64,000 nucleotides of DNA, from assembly GCA_002104905.1 (NCBI GenBank), contig MCFE01000410.1, positions 1 through 64,000 of the forward strand. The letters run 5' to 3'. Made by a program: the position numbers and the translations under genes. Shown here piece by piece: positions 26,650 through 40,015 of the stretch; the stretch's first letter is position 1, and each line of letters begins with the position of its first letter. The notes under the pieces are model-generated. The model ran no database searches. It was not told the DNA's origin and was given only the letters and a program-made list of their open reading frames with translations. The DNA comes from Basidiobolus meristosporus CBS 931.73. Its lineage: Eukaryota > Fungi > Basidiobolomycota.

Positions 26650-29640
26650 GAACTCAAGTAGCTCAATGTCATAGCTAAGAATTGAAGTATTTCCCAATGT
26701 AACTGCAGAGGAACACCATACAGTCTTTGAAGCTCAGCAACAGTGCCCAAAGATAAAGCCCATAGAAAAATCTATCACAGCATGGGAGGGTGGCAATGTG
26801 GTGTTTATACCAAAGCCTAATTATTAAGAGACATTGAAGATCTGTGAAGCTATTGAGTGCAATAATGAAGAATAGGCAAGTATTTAAGAGGCCGTCAGAA
26901 GTCTGGCACACCATCACCTCAAGGCTGGCATACCATGAAAACATCAAGAACTCAAGGCCAAACAGAATGCACTTGACTTGATCAATGAGCATTATCCTGA
27001 ATTCAAGCAGGCAAACAGATTTTGGGCCAGTATTGGTATGTTAAGAAAGTATCTTAAGAATAGCAGAAACTATCAAAGGCAGTAGAACAAGGGTGCCATA
27101 GCTAAAACCAGGGGCTTTCCCCAGAGCCTGCTACAAGCAGGGCCAAAAGCTCCAGACAAGTGTCAAAGAGATGTCAGTTATCTGGAAGAGTAACATTTAG
27201 GGACAAGCAGGCAGATATGTATGGACCAGCATAGCATTTATCAAGGAAAAAGCGTAGTACCACTCAAGAAGCACTCAGTCAAAGTAGCAGTAAAGGACCT
27301 GGCAGTGATAAAAACCTGCAGCTTTTACAGGAGCCTGTCACAACTGCAATTGAGTGCTTGAAACAAGTGGAAAAGAAGTGTCAGGTTGCCAGAAGAGTGC
27401 CAGCAAGGGACAAGCAGACCAAAATAGATGTGTCAGAGCAATATTTCTCAAGCAGAAAATGTTACTCATCATAAGATGCACTCATAAAAAGCAGCAGTGA
27501 AGGCCTGGTTGTGATAAAGAAACAGGTAAGGGAAAAACGTCTGCCCAAGCCTGAGACAGGGGGGCATGCAAAAAAAAACTGCAGCTCTCACCAATTGATG
27601 CTGCTGTGGTGGTGTATAGGTCCAAGGGAGAGATACATCCAACACTTCTCAAGTGTTTTGTGTGTGGGGTGTTCACTGGGTGCAATAACCTCTGGCAAAA
27701 GCTTGCTAGGAATACTTGGGTTCTGTCTCTAATCTAATGTGAAGGGGAATAAAGCCACAAGCTTGTCAAGGGAAAACTATTGAGCTACAATCCCCAGCTT
27801 AGTAGGTGTCTTAACAAAAGTATGTGCTGGGTTCAGCATCCTTTGAGATGACAATGTACTAAAGCTTCCAAAGTCAAAACAACTGTAAACTCCACCAGCA
27901 GGGACTTGATAAGAATGCAGCTGTGGTCAATAGTTACAAAGACAGAAAAGTATCTCTGCCTGTACAAGAACAAACTTGGGAAAGAATCAAATATAATAAA
28001 AGATACCTACTCTGAGTATTCCTCACAAGTAGTGCCTCCAAGGTCAGTTGGCTGTCAGCGCAGTTTCCTGGGAGTGTCCTGTAGTCTGGGGTTGGAAGTT
28101 CAGGTAGCAGCAGGTAGCAGTGATCACACTAATCAACAAGTTGGTATATTGATAAAAGGGATGATGATTTATTGTTGAGGGATAGCCTCCCTTATATACT
28201 TTTCTTACTGGCTAAATGGTTACTAATCATGGTGTACCAGAAGGTTCCAGATATAAATAGAAGTCTTAATGACATCAGAACAACCTAAGATTGTTATAAG
28301 TAGGTGCCGGAAGGTTCTAAGAGGCACAGCATATCCAACCAATTGGGAATCAGTATTCTGAAACCTGTGTAACATAGGGATACCATATACAGTATGGAAA
28401 TGGTAGGGATGGTGGCACGGGTTGATCACGTTTCATGGGTTCTAGCATGGGTACTTGCCTAACATAGAAGCACTTATGGCTAGTAATCTTACATGAAGTG
28501 AGGGGTAACTTATGCAATAAGGTAAGCAAGTGTGATTGTCAACCAGCTTATGGGATAGTACTGATTAGATAAGACAAATGGGATAAAACTAAAATAAGTG
28601 CAGCAGAGATATAGGAAAGTAGAAAATAAGGGAATGAGCACATTTGTCAGTGGATGACTCTGTCACCCCACTACACCGCAAGCCCAGATCAAGCCAAATC
28701 CCATCATAGCCAAGAGGGATTACCAGCAAGAAAACAGCTGTGCCCACAAGAGTTGGAAGCACAGCCAGTTGATCTACACTCCAGCAAGGTAGATGAGTTT
28801 GCAGAAAAAGACAATTTGTCTACCTCAGCCTCCATATCCTCCATTGCTGACAAAGTGGAGATCACACTGACAGACAAAGCTACAACATCAAGAGCTTAAA
28901 AGACAATCACAATGCCTTCAGTGGAATTTTGGAAAATGAATAGGCACATCAAGATGTTGCAGCACTTCTTCAAGTGCAGTGCTCAAGAAAACGCACTTAA
29001 ATATTGCAAAGATTTATTGCAAAGACTGGCGGATGAAGAGCTGGACCTTGCAGTGCTAGCTAAAGACCAGGATGTGTAGGAACCAGTGAATGAACCGTGG
29101 CATAATGACATTGGGTTCCCACCAAAGTTGTGGAGCCAGAGCATTACAGCAGAAATTCTTATTCAGTGGTGAATATTAATGGAGTTACTTATTGAGTGTG
29201 AAGTTGGGCTTGATGTTAGTGTAGGATATAGGGGCTTATATAGAGGCTTATATAGGTCAATACAATTGGTAACTGAGGTAAAACTGAAGTTTCAACAGAA
29301 ATAAATTAATTTGTATGCATAAAAAGTAAGAGAAACAGTTTAGTCAGGAACTAAGGAGTGTGAAAAGAGGCAATAGCCAATCAAAGCACACAAACATAGG
29401 AGATGATAGAGTGTCTGGAATAGAGAGTGAGCAAACTAGCACGGAACCAATCAAAAGTCACTTATACATTGTTGTAATGAAAAATTTTGACCAAGTTTTT
29501 TGTGATATCTGGGGTGCAATTATTTTTCAACAATCTCTGGATGGTGTCCTGACAGGATCAGTACCTCTTAGTCACAGGACTTTAACTTTGTGATGGCCTT
29601 TAGATGGGATCCTTACAATAACTTTTCAAAGGTATCAGTG
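26650..29640 (+). pseudogene. Degenerate second-ORF/flanking region associated with the CACTA copies, split by a B LTR
   Basis: 26660-27100 translates to ...EAVRSLAHHHLKAGIP.KHQELKAKQNALDLINEHYPEFKQANRFWASIGMLRKYLKNSR. It is repeated inverted near 30040-30300. 27350-27530 and 28680-29640 are repeated at 35240-36440. Identity as a CACTA accessory ORF is inference. Confidence 0.45.
27605..28675 (-). repeat. Family-B solo LTR (1071 bp)
   Basis: Reverse complement of the B LTR. TSD CTGC (27601-27604) and CCGC (28676-28679), which read GCAG and GCGG in LTR orientation. Confidence 0.9.
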
Positions 29641-29754
29641 TTATCTATCAAACCAGTTTTATTAGTCAGCAGATGAATTGGCAGATTCCTATCATGCAGA
29701 AGTAGATATACTGAGTAATATACAATTGGGTGATGATAATGCATTTGTTATGAT

Positions 29755-29975
29755 GTGTAGTTGCCTTACTAATGCCCCTGCAAATTACATGACCTTGATG
29801 CAAACAGTCTTCCAGGAGTACTTTGACATGTTTGTTGTAATCTATCTAGACAACATATTGATATACAGCAAGACAGAAGAGGAACACTTGGTGCACATTG
29901 AGAAGGTCTTGCAGAAGCTAAGAGAGAGCAAGCTCTATGGCAAGCTAGCAAAATGTGAATTCTTGAAGGAATAGG
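29755..29975 (+). pseudogene. Isolated Ty3 family-A RT fragment
   Basis: [41 protein letters not shown]...KCEFL. Confidence 0.85.
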
Positions 29976-31409
29976 TGATGATATGCTAGACTTCAGACAG
30001 CCTCTTGAATATTAGCCTACTCTTTACTATTGCACACAATAGCTTCAAGGATCTTCACTGTCTTTTGATATTTAGGCTTTGGTATGAATGCATGTTGTCT
30101 CCCTCCCATTCTGTGATTGGTTTTTCTGTGGATTTTATCTTTGGGCACTGTTGTTGAGCTTCAAAGATTGTATGTTGTTCCTCTGCTGTTACATTGGGAA
30201 ATACTTTAATTCTTATCTGTGACATTAAGCTACATGAGTTCCTTCTTTGCAGCAAAGATACTGCTTTCTCTACCTTGAATATTGATAGCTCTACATGTAT
30301 CATCCATTCATGCTATTTCTTAACTATTTCCTGATTTCTCTGGGCCATTGCATCTATCCTATCAGCCACTGCACCTAATTACTTCATTACACCTTTGGTA
30401 AGTGCTGACAACATACTTGCTAATATCAGTGGTGGTAATGTTATGATGGCCACTTGCTGGTCCTCAACTGAATATACTGCAATTGCAACACTCTCTTCTG
30501 CCTGAGCATAATAGTCAGCTTGCGGATCTGCAGAGGTTCTCAATTGCCTACTTGACTGAGAGCCTGAGATCTGCCTTATTACCTTCAGTGGGCACACTGT
30601 TAAAATGGCCTTTTTTGGATGTAACCCTGCTTGTTGCACTAAATATCAAGGCAAGCTGTTGTCCAACTGTTCTTCTGCTGCTGTCAGCAGAGGGGTTTGG
30701 TTGAGAACCAGACAACTTTGCTCTATTTTCTGGCCACATATATATGAAAGTGAGTCAAGCCAAAGAGGAAAGAGTGGTATAAATATGTGGGTATGTGGAG
30801 CTGCAACTTTATTTATAGTGCTTACTATGGCAGGTCACCATTGATTCTTACATTCATGTAGGCGCAATGTCTCAAATATAAGACTGTCTTAAATTCACCT
30901 GAGTATTGGCCAAAAAGTGATATCATAGTGTTACATTGCTGAAGGTCAAGCTGCTTGCCTCATGGACAAGACTACTGTGATTCAATGCCATAACAGAAGA
31001 GATAAAAGACCATGTGGTTATTGTATCAAGACTCTCAGCCATAAAACATGCAAACAGCATAGAAAGTACTAAAAGATCACAGCTAGTGCATTGCCACTCA
31101 AGTCATATTAACCATTCATCAGTCATTAATGTACAAACATTATCCTGCCTGCCAGTTGATACTGCTATAGTAGCACCTGGCCATCTTTGTATCCTTGATC
31201 AAACTGAGTGTGGTGAAGTTGTGGTTCCTTTTGGCTCACCTCAGCCTTTGGAATATGGCATGCAGATTGATAGCTCTAACAGAGAAGGCTCACTGATGGA
31301 TTGTGAGCCCATCCCCTCTAACAGCAGTGCTATGCATGAGCCCAGTCAAATCTCATTATGCAATGAGATAGCACCCATTGAAACAAATGCCAAGGATACT
31401 TTATGCAGC

Positions 31410-34400
31410 TAAGTGAGCCCAATAATTCATCTTCTGGTGTATGATGTAATGTTGTGGCTAGAGAAGTGGCGTGTTTCCACTAATATCAGTAATTGGGGCT
31501 TTGAGGATTTACTACTACTTTCTGCCAAGCTTATTCTGGGATGCAACTTACCATGTACAATGTACAACTGGACACCTATCATGCAGCTGGTAACATATGA
31601 CCCAGAGACTATTCACATCCAAAAATGCCACCATTGCCATCCATTCAAGTTGTCAGGATTCAACCACCATTGAGGGAAAACACAGCTAACACTCCAAATA
31701 TATTCCAGTTATACCTTGCTTAAAGAAGCTCATGCAGTCCAATGGATATTGCAAAACTATAAAATACCTCACTCAGTATCAATCAAGTGCAAACATATCC
31801 AATGTATTTGATGACAAACATCACAAACAGCCAAGAAGCAAGGGCTACTTTGAAGGAATGCAAGGTCATGACTTTGCTTTAGCGCCGGATGGATTCTTAT
31901 TAAACAAGTACTCTACCAGCAAATCCTGCTGGCTACTGATTCTTATCAACCTCAATCTGGCACCCATCTTAAGGTATCAGGGCCAAGATCTGATGGTAGT
32001 CTCACTGGTATCTGGGCCAAAATCACTGTCCAACCCAGATACCTACCTGTATCCATTGCTGGATGGATTTTGTATGCTTTCCAGCAGGATAACAGTAAAG
32101 GGCCATCATGCCAAAGTGCATATTATCATCTGCATTGGAGATACCCCAGCCATCAGCAAGATAGCAGGTTTTTCTGAGCATAATGAACATTATTGCTGTT
32201 GAATGCATGACATCCAGGGGATTTACTCCATAACTCACACACATTATTATTACCCAAACACCAACACTAAGAACATCATCTTCCCACAGAGAGAACTGTG
32301 GTAATGGAAAGTACTCCATTACTACAATATCTCTAAACCAATATCGCACTCATTTCTTTATTTTGCTTTTTGCTATTGTAACACACAAGTGAAAGATCAA
32401 GAATTTCCATCTTGGAAGAACAAATGCTCCAGACCCTGACAAGCAATCCACCCAAGAATATTATGTCATACAGAACACGTAGTAGCCAACACATGTTTCA
32501 AATTACAGCTCATTTGAAGCAGTACTTGAGGAGTTATAACCAAAATAGTCCAATTATTATATATACTATGCCTTATTGCTAGGATTACTATGGTGACTTT
32601 GAACACGTGTTACTTTTGAACCAGCCAACCAAATCACATGATACTTTAACAGGTGCTGCCCCTATGTCCAATCTGCGCCACTGCAAAGTTTTAGCTTTAT
32701 ATCATGTGTATTGCTTGCGCAATCGCCCAAAAACTTTGACCCTTCAAAATTTTCATATATATGACTTCCCCAGCTGAAAAATAAAGAGAGAGCCTCTCTT
32801 TCCAGAATCTCCACACTACAATTAAAAGTTTAAAAGTTATGAGACTTCCCCTGCATCACTTGCACTGTTGAGTATTATGACTTTGATCAGTACTACATCA
32901 GTAAAGAGACTGCAAAGCTCACAAGAATCCAATCTAAGTTCTACAAGAAACTACCCCTTTTCTGTCAGAAAAGCCCCCTCAAGGAAACCCCTTTACTCTA
33001 AAGACACCCCTTTAGACACCCCTTTAGTCTAAAGACCCCTTTAGAGACCCCTTTATGAAACCCCTTTACTCTAAAGAAGCCCCTTTAGACACCCCTTTAG
33101 GTCTAAAGACCCCTTTAGAGACTTCTACAACACACCCCTTCAGGTTAAAGGGGAGTTCAGAATTTCCATATTAGGAAATATCTTCTCAGAAAGGAAAGTG
33201 ACTTCCAAATAAGGAAAAGTTACAATAAAAGTAAATAAGCCCATCAGTCAACAGAAGGTCAGAACACTGCTGTAGAAGTGATAAACACTGCCTACAGTAT
33301 ATTTTGAGCCTAAGATTGAGGAAATTAGTGAAAGTAATATCTTCTATTGGTATATCAAACTCCCAATAAACTAGTTCAGTATTAGCATACTGGAATTTGT
33401 TGTATATTGTTGATTAGCCTCTACATTGTAGAACAAGCCCCAAACTAATCATAATACAACATAACAGAACATAGAGAAGTTAACATGCAATTGCGGGAAA
33501 TTGGACAAGCTATAAGTCATCAGCCTGAATATGGAATCAATTGGAAACCGGAGATACTTAAGACAGAGGGTATTTGTTGGAGCAAAAGCTTTCCACTGGA
33601 AGCAAGCATTTGCTTTTTAATAATATCTCTATACTGATGACTAAGTTGTACATGGGGCATTTCAAGCTAAATGAGCCCTTTGAGACACCAGAGAAATTTG
33701 AAAGAACTGGCAAGATATTACAGTGTATTTGCTACTTTAAGTACTTCTCATGGGCTCCAATCAATATTCATATGAATATGCAACAACTCAAACGCAAAGA
33801 CAGGATAAACTGGATAAGTATTTATTCTAGTGGCATTCTGATGCCATTCCTACCAAGAGTACATAGGAAACATTTGGAGTCATATATGAACATTGTAGGA
33901 ATATTTATCCAGAAGCAGATCACCAATACCAACTTGGCACATCTACAGCTGTTGTGCAAGGAGTTTGTAATGGGATTTGAGCAGCTATTCTACAAACATA
34001 AAGCTGAATGTGTAGGTCTCTGTTGCTACTGTATCCATCTCTACTCCATCTTGCTTGGTGTGTGAAGAATATTGGGCTTTGCTTCACCTTTTGGGAGTTT
34101 CCTATGGAGCAGATGCGCAGAGAAATAGGAATTCAAGTCAAGTTGCAGGTATTACCATATCCCAATATCACCAAGAATATTACCTTCAGGGCCATCATTG
34201 ATGTGATGAGCTGGCACACGAAGGACAGCACATGGAGACACATATGCCTATGAAATTATGAAGCTAAGCAGCCCCAATGAATGGGCAATCAGTTAAGTAA
34301 TGCAAAGTTGGGTTGGGAGCAACAAGCAACTAATTTTTGTTAAGACAGCTCTACCAAAGTATGCCAGGCTTCTCTTGGTCTCAAGCCAACTTCTACATCA

Positions 34401-35230
34401 TTCAATATGGGATTCACACCAACAAGTGCCAGAGCACATATATAAGGGGGACTTGAATCCAGCAGGGAGAAGGAACATATTGGCTAAATACCAAGAAGTT
34501 ATTTGCAGATATTTAGGAGGTATTCATGGCTGAGGTTGTGGCAACCAAGGATATATTTGCAAGATGTATGTGTTACCAGTAGTACAAGGTATTTGGCACC
34601 TTTGCAAGTAGCACAATAAAATGCTGTAAGGTTGAGGTGATAGCAGTATGTCAATAGTGGTAGGTGTGCCCATTTGTAGTGGTTAGTAAGCAGGAGGCCA
34701 TAGTACTTTTTGATTTGAGCTGCATGTGGAATACCCAAGGTAGTAGTGGGCAAGCAAACAAAGTGATCTGATTCTACAGTGGAATATATGAATTGCACAA
34801 GGGGAGGTAGAAAAGGAAATACCATTTGGTAAATTGATGCAGTAGCATTGTACAGGACTAGCTGTAGGCTGCAATACTGCCATAATGATGCCAATAAAGA
34901 CTCACTATGAGGCCATCAGACACTACCAAGTTTCTTGCCATTTAAAGCAACTGGATGTACTGGCTGGTTTGATCCATTCAAAATAGTTGTGGAGTGCATT
35001 AAGACTATAACATTACCATGCAATTATTGCTACAGCACTAATCAAACCCTGTCAGGTTTTTCAACTTTATTTGGCAGCAAATTACCCTAACACCATCATG
35101 GTCCTGTTATGAGATTGTCAAGAGAGTCACTAATTCTAAGCTGCTGCTATTATGATGGTCTCTAAGCAGGATTCTGGTAGTGGATCTGGATTGGATCCAC
35201 CTGCAGGACCAAATTATTTTTCATATGGTA
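31410..35230 (+). pseudogene. CACTA/EnSpm-type transposase pseudogene (copy 2), interrupted by a ~1.17-kb insert
   Basis: ALAPDGF...SCWLLILINLNLAPILRY...SGPKS..PDTYLYPLL...CIGDTPAISKIAGF, followed by FVMGFEQLFY...IH and WEFPMEQMRREIG. This is the Transposase_21-like motif order. Confidence 0.8.
32301..33470 (+). repeat. Unclassified insert in the CACTA transposase, with an internal CCCCTTTA minisatellite
   Basis: Absent from the homologous position of the minus-strand transposase copy, which is contiguous near 25060-25090. Nine CCCCTTTA cores at 32988-33118. Boundaries approximate. Confidence 0.6.
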
Positions 35231-36506
35231 GGCAGGGCTGAGTGTCCCAAACAAGTAGCAAAGAAATGTCAGTTTGCTAGGAGAGTGCCTGCAAGGGAGA
35301 GGCAGGCAAAAACAGATGCACTAGTGCAACATTTAGCAAGGAGAAAATGTATTACAATGTAAGAAGCACTCAGTTAAAGCATTGGTGAAAGACTTGGCAG
35401 TGATAAATGTTAAGTCAAAGACTGAAAAGCTTACCCAATTCACAGACAGGAGGGTATGAGAAAAAAGCTGTAGTATTCATCAATGGATGCCATCAGCTCA
35501 GAACAGGCCAAAACCAATAATGGCCAAGAAGACATAATAAAAAGAAAATGTCTGTTTTCTCAAGTGTTGGAAGCGCAGTCAGTCAAGCAGCACTCCAATG
35601 AGGTACATCAGCTTGCAGAAAAAAGCACTTTGTCTACCACTGCCTCCCCATCCTGTATTTTTGAACCAGTGGAGCTCCCACTGACAGAAAAAGCAACAAA
35701 TATCAGGAGCTCAAAAGACTATCACTATGCCTACAATGGAATTTTTGAGCATTAATTGGCACATCAAGAGGTTGCAGCACTTCTTCAGGAGCAGTGCCCA
35801 AGAAAATGCACTTGAATAATGCAAGGTTTCATTGCAAAGACTGGTAGTTGAGGGTCAAACCTTGTAGTACCAGCTGAAGGCCAGGCCATATTGGAACAAG
35901 TGAATGAGCAGTAGCATAAAGCCACATGGCTACTCCCAGAGGCATAGAAAAAGGACATAACAGTAGGAATACCTATTGAATAGTGAATTATATTGGAGTT
36001 ACCTCCACAGTATGGGGTTAGGCTTAATGTTAGTGTTAGGTATAGGGACTTGCTAAAGTCAATGCAATTGGCAATTGAGGTACAACCAAAATGTCAACAG
36101 AAATAAATCAACCTGTCTGCATGAAAGTTCAGAGAATTGGTTGAGTCAGGAAGTAATGGGTATGAAAAAGAGGCAAAAGCCAAGCAATGTACACAAACAC
36201 TGGAGGTGATTGAGTGTTCAGCCTCAAATAGTGAGAGAATTGGAGGAGAACTATCCAATAGTCACTTCTCAATTGTTGTGATGAAAGATTATGATAAAGT
36301 TTTTGGTGATATCTGGGTTCAATTACTTTACTGCAGTCTGATCATGGTGTCCTAATGGGATCAATACCTCTTAGTCATAGGATGCTAACATTTGACACCC
36401 TTTTATGGGCTCTTCACAATTATTTCTCATAGGGCTTTAGACTTGTTCTATTGTACCATGCCAGGGTGCACAGCACAATCTGTGGTCTTTAAGAACAATT
36501 GGGTGC

Positions 36507-37577
36507 TATAGTGGGGTGACAGTGACACCCACTGACAGATGTGATCATTCCCTTATTTTCTACTTTGCTATATCTCTACTACACTTATTTTAGTTTTATC
36601 CCATTTGTCTTACCTGATCAGTACTATCCCATAAGCCGGTTGTCTATCACACCTGCTTACCTTATTGCATAAGTTACCCCTCACTTTATGTAAGATTACT
36701 AGCTATAAGTGCTTCTATATTAGGCAAGTACCCGCACCAATACCCGTGACACATGGTCAACCTGTCTCACCATCCCTATCATTTCCATACCATATATGGT
36801 ATCACTATGTTACACAGGTTTCAAAATACTGATTCCTGATTGGTTGGTTGTGCTGTGCCTCTTAGAACCTTCTGGCACCTACTTAGAACATTCTTAGGTT
36901 GTTCTGATGTCATTAAGACTTCTATTGACATCTGGAACCTTCTGGAACACCATGATTAGTAACCACTTAGCCAGTAAGAAAAGTATATAAGGGAGGCTAT
37001 CCCTCAACAATAAATCATCATCCCTTTTATCAATATACCAACTTGTTGATTAGTGTGATCACTGCTACCTGCTGCTACCTGAACTTCCAACCCCAGACCA
37101 CAGGACACTCCCAGGAAACCATGCAGACAAGCCAACTGACCTTGGAGGCACTACTTGTGAGGAATACTCAGAGTAGGTATCTTTTATTATATTTGATTCT
37201 TTCCCAAGTTTGTTCTTGTACAGGCAGAGATACTTTTCTGTCTTTGTAACTATTGACCACAGCTGCATTCTTATCAAGTCCCTGCTGGTGGAGTTTACAG
37301 TTGTTTTGACTTTGGAAGCTTTAGTACATTGTCATCTCAAAGGATGCTGAACCAAGCACATACTTTTGTTAAGATGCCAACCAAGTTGGGGATTGTAGAT
37401 CAATAGTTTCCCTTGACAAGCTTGTGGTTTTATTCCCATTCACATTAGATTAGAGACAGAACCCAAGTATTCCTAGCAAGCTTTTGCTAGAGGTTATTGC
37501 ACCCAGTGAACACCCTGCACACAAAACACTTGAGAAATGTTGGACATATTTCTCCTTTGGACTTATACACCATCACA
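36507..37577 (+). repeat. Family-B LTR (1071 bp) without a matching TSD
   Basis: Aligns end to end with the 27605-28675 copy. Flanks GTGC and ACAG differ, so it may be a recombinant LTR. Confidence 0.85.
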
Positions 37578-37589
37578 ACAGTAGATTCA

Positions 37590-38090
37590 GAGCTAACATC
37601 CCTACCATTTCAGTATCATGTATGGTGTTTCTGTGTTACACAGGTTTCAGACTACTGCTGTGCCTTTTAGAACCTTCCAGGACCTTCTTGGTGTATTTTT
37701 AGCTCATAGTGATGTTGTTATGAATTTAGCTGATGCATGGAATCTTTTTGATCCTTGTTATTAATAATCGCTTGGCAATCAGGAAAAGTATCCATGAGAA
37801 GTCAGTCCCTCATCAATCAATCATCCCTTTTATCAGTCACACATTCCCCTTATTGACTTGCAGTTGATTACTGCACCCACCTTCAATAGTTACACCTCAG
37901 ACCTGCCATTGAGTAGCTTTTCAGGGTAGTGCACAAGAAGCACAGATGCCTTTGGAGACACTTGGAGCATCTAGAAATCTAGAGATGCAGGAGCTTTTAC
38001 CATAGTGACATATTGGCCAAGATACTAGCAGTTTAGGCCCAGAGGTTATTGCACTCATCAGACACCTCACACATCTTGAGTTGTGTAGCT
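37590..38090 (+). repeat. Partial family-C-like LTR
   Basis: Aligns with ~16300-16815 (ccttttagaaccttccaggac, cagggtagtgcacaaga, gttgtgtagcttc). Confidence 0.65.
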
Positions 38091-40015
38091 TCTTAGGAGT
38101 CAGAGTCTTTTGAGCTTGGATATATACAAGGGCTTGGTAGGCAGTGTACAATGTAAAAAGGCTATGGCATAGGTACTGATGAAACTTCTTCAAGGCAAAG
38201 ACTATGGCAAGTAGCTCCTTCTTGGTGGCAGAGTGGTTTCTCTTAGCAAGTTGTAGAGACCTGGCTTGAAAATAAGTCCAATGAGGCAGACTTTGGTCTT
38301 TATCCTGATAGTGGGCTGCTCCTAATACAACATTAGATGTATCTGTAGCAACAACAAAGGGCTTGGTAAAGTCTGTGTAGGATAAGATGGGTGCTTGTGG
38401 GAGTAGTTTGCACAGCAACTCAAAGGCTTGGTCATGAGTCTTATTCCAGGCTGAGGGGAGATCAGGGCTATGGTGTAATGCATCCAAAGGGGCACTCAAT
38501 GAGGACATGAATGGTATGTGCTCAGTGAAATAGTTGAAAACCTCATGGAAATGATGAGGCTGCTGTTGTAAAAATTTGTAATTCCACCTAAACATTCACC
38601 TGACTTAGTCACTTAGATCATTATCTTCAAATCCTAGGGAATACTGACCAAATTCCTTGTTGGGATTTACTTAGAATACTTTTACCAAAATACCAGGTAT
38701 CCAGAACATGAAAACTCTCAAAGTTGTCCAAACAGCCCCACACTGTGCACACATGTTCTTGGGACCTTCCTTAACCTATTCTACGTGTTTGTAATGCCAA
38801 GACCATGTAAATGTATAAATACTACTTTTACATTCACTAAATCAGTAAGTGAAAGCCACATAATCCACTTGTCCTCCCAATCACTTCCAATATCTCCAAG
38901 ACTCCTACAACAGCTGCATGGTGCTAGTGGATTTTGACCATTCACAATGTTAACCAGTTTGGAAGGGTCTAGTTGGTGGCCAGCTGTTCTGACTATAAAT
39001 CCAAAGAGATTGATTTAAAGGCAAGCAAAACTGCACTGTTCAGCATTGAGAATCAGTCCAATGGCAGTCAGTCTGTTGATTACATCAGTGACATGAGTTG
39101 CATGATCATCATGGTTTGTGGAAAATATGATGACATCATTTAAAGACACTAATGTGTATGGAGCATTCTTGAGTGCTACATTCATGACTCTCTGGGACTT
39201 GCTGGTCAGTGTCATTAGGCCATATGGAGCCCCCTGAAACATTCATTGCATATTATTTCAAGTAAAGGCTGTCTTATGCAGATGATCAAGGTGGATCTGG
39301 AATTGGTGGTATGCATCCTTTAAGTCCAACTTTGAGAATACTTTTGCTCCTGATAGTGAGGAAAAGATATCCTGGATTCTTGATGTTGGAAATTTGTCAT
39401 CTTGGAGAGGTTTGTTCATAGGTCTGGGGACCAAGCAGGGTCTCCTCAAAGTTGGATTCCCAGTAACATCCTTCTTAGGTGCAAGCAAGTAATTTTTGCT
39501 AATGGTGTAGAATTCTTCTCAGGACAGGCAGGTCATCTATATTCCATCTTTCCACATTTAAAGCAGTTGTCATCAACATATAAGTTATCAACTCTGGTTT
39601 TTTGCTGCAACTCTAAGGTGTTTCCTAACTTGTTTGACTGCTTAGTGATATGTTTGCACTCACTAGTAGAATGATAGCATCTTCTGTGAGGTTGAGAGTG
39701 CTTGGTAGCAGTTGATTTCTTCTTGGTTACATGAATAGTCTCTTTTCTGGTTGTTGCAGGATCTTGTGTTGAGTTGCCTGAGATCTGGCTTACAGCTGCA
39801 GTCATGGTTATTGCAAGTGTACATTTCTCAGCAATTTTGTCATAAGTACCTGCCAGGTTGCATGCTTTGACAATAATAATATTGCTCTGCAGCCAGTATG
39901 AGAAGTATGAAAGAAAATGAGCAGTAAGTGATGGATTATCAGCACTAACTCCAGCTAATCTCTTTTGTCTCTGGAATATAGCACAGAAGTGTTGCACAGA
40001 TTCAACTTTTTGCAT
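38090..40015 (-). mobile_element. Degenerate Ty3/gypsy element of a different family (gag knuckle, RT, RNase H)
   Basis: CFKCGK knuckle. DKFPTSRIQDIFSSLSGAKVFSKLDLKDAYHQ...KTAFT and APYGL (RT). FVVATDTSNVVLGA and SATKKELLAIVFALKKFH (RNase H). Confidence 0.85.
38564..38912 (+). repeat. Copia solo LTR (349 bp)
   Basis: TGTTG...CAACA ends with a perfect 5-bp TSD GCTGC (38559-38563, 38913-38917). Confidence 0.9.

Noticed and set aside
36503-37581. The 36507 B LTR as a further CGG-target example
   Set aside because: Flanks GTGC and ACAG do not form a TSD, so it is not counted as support.
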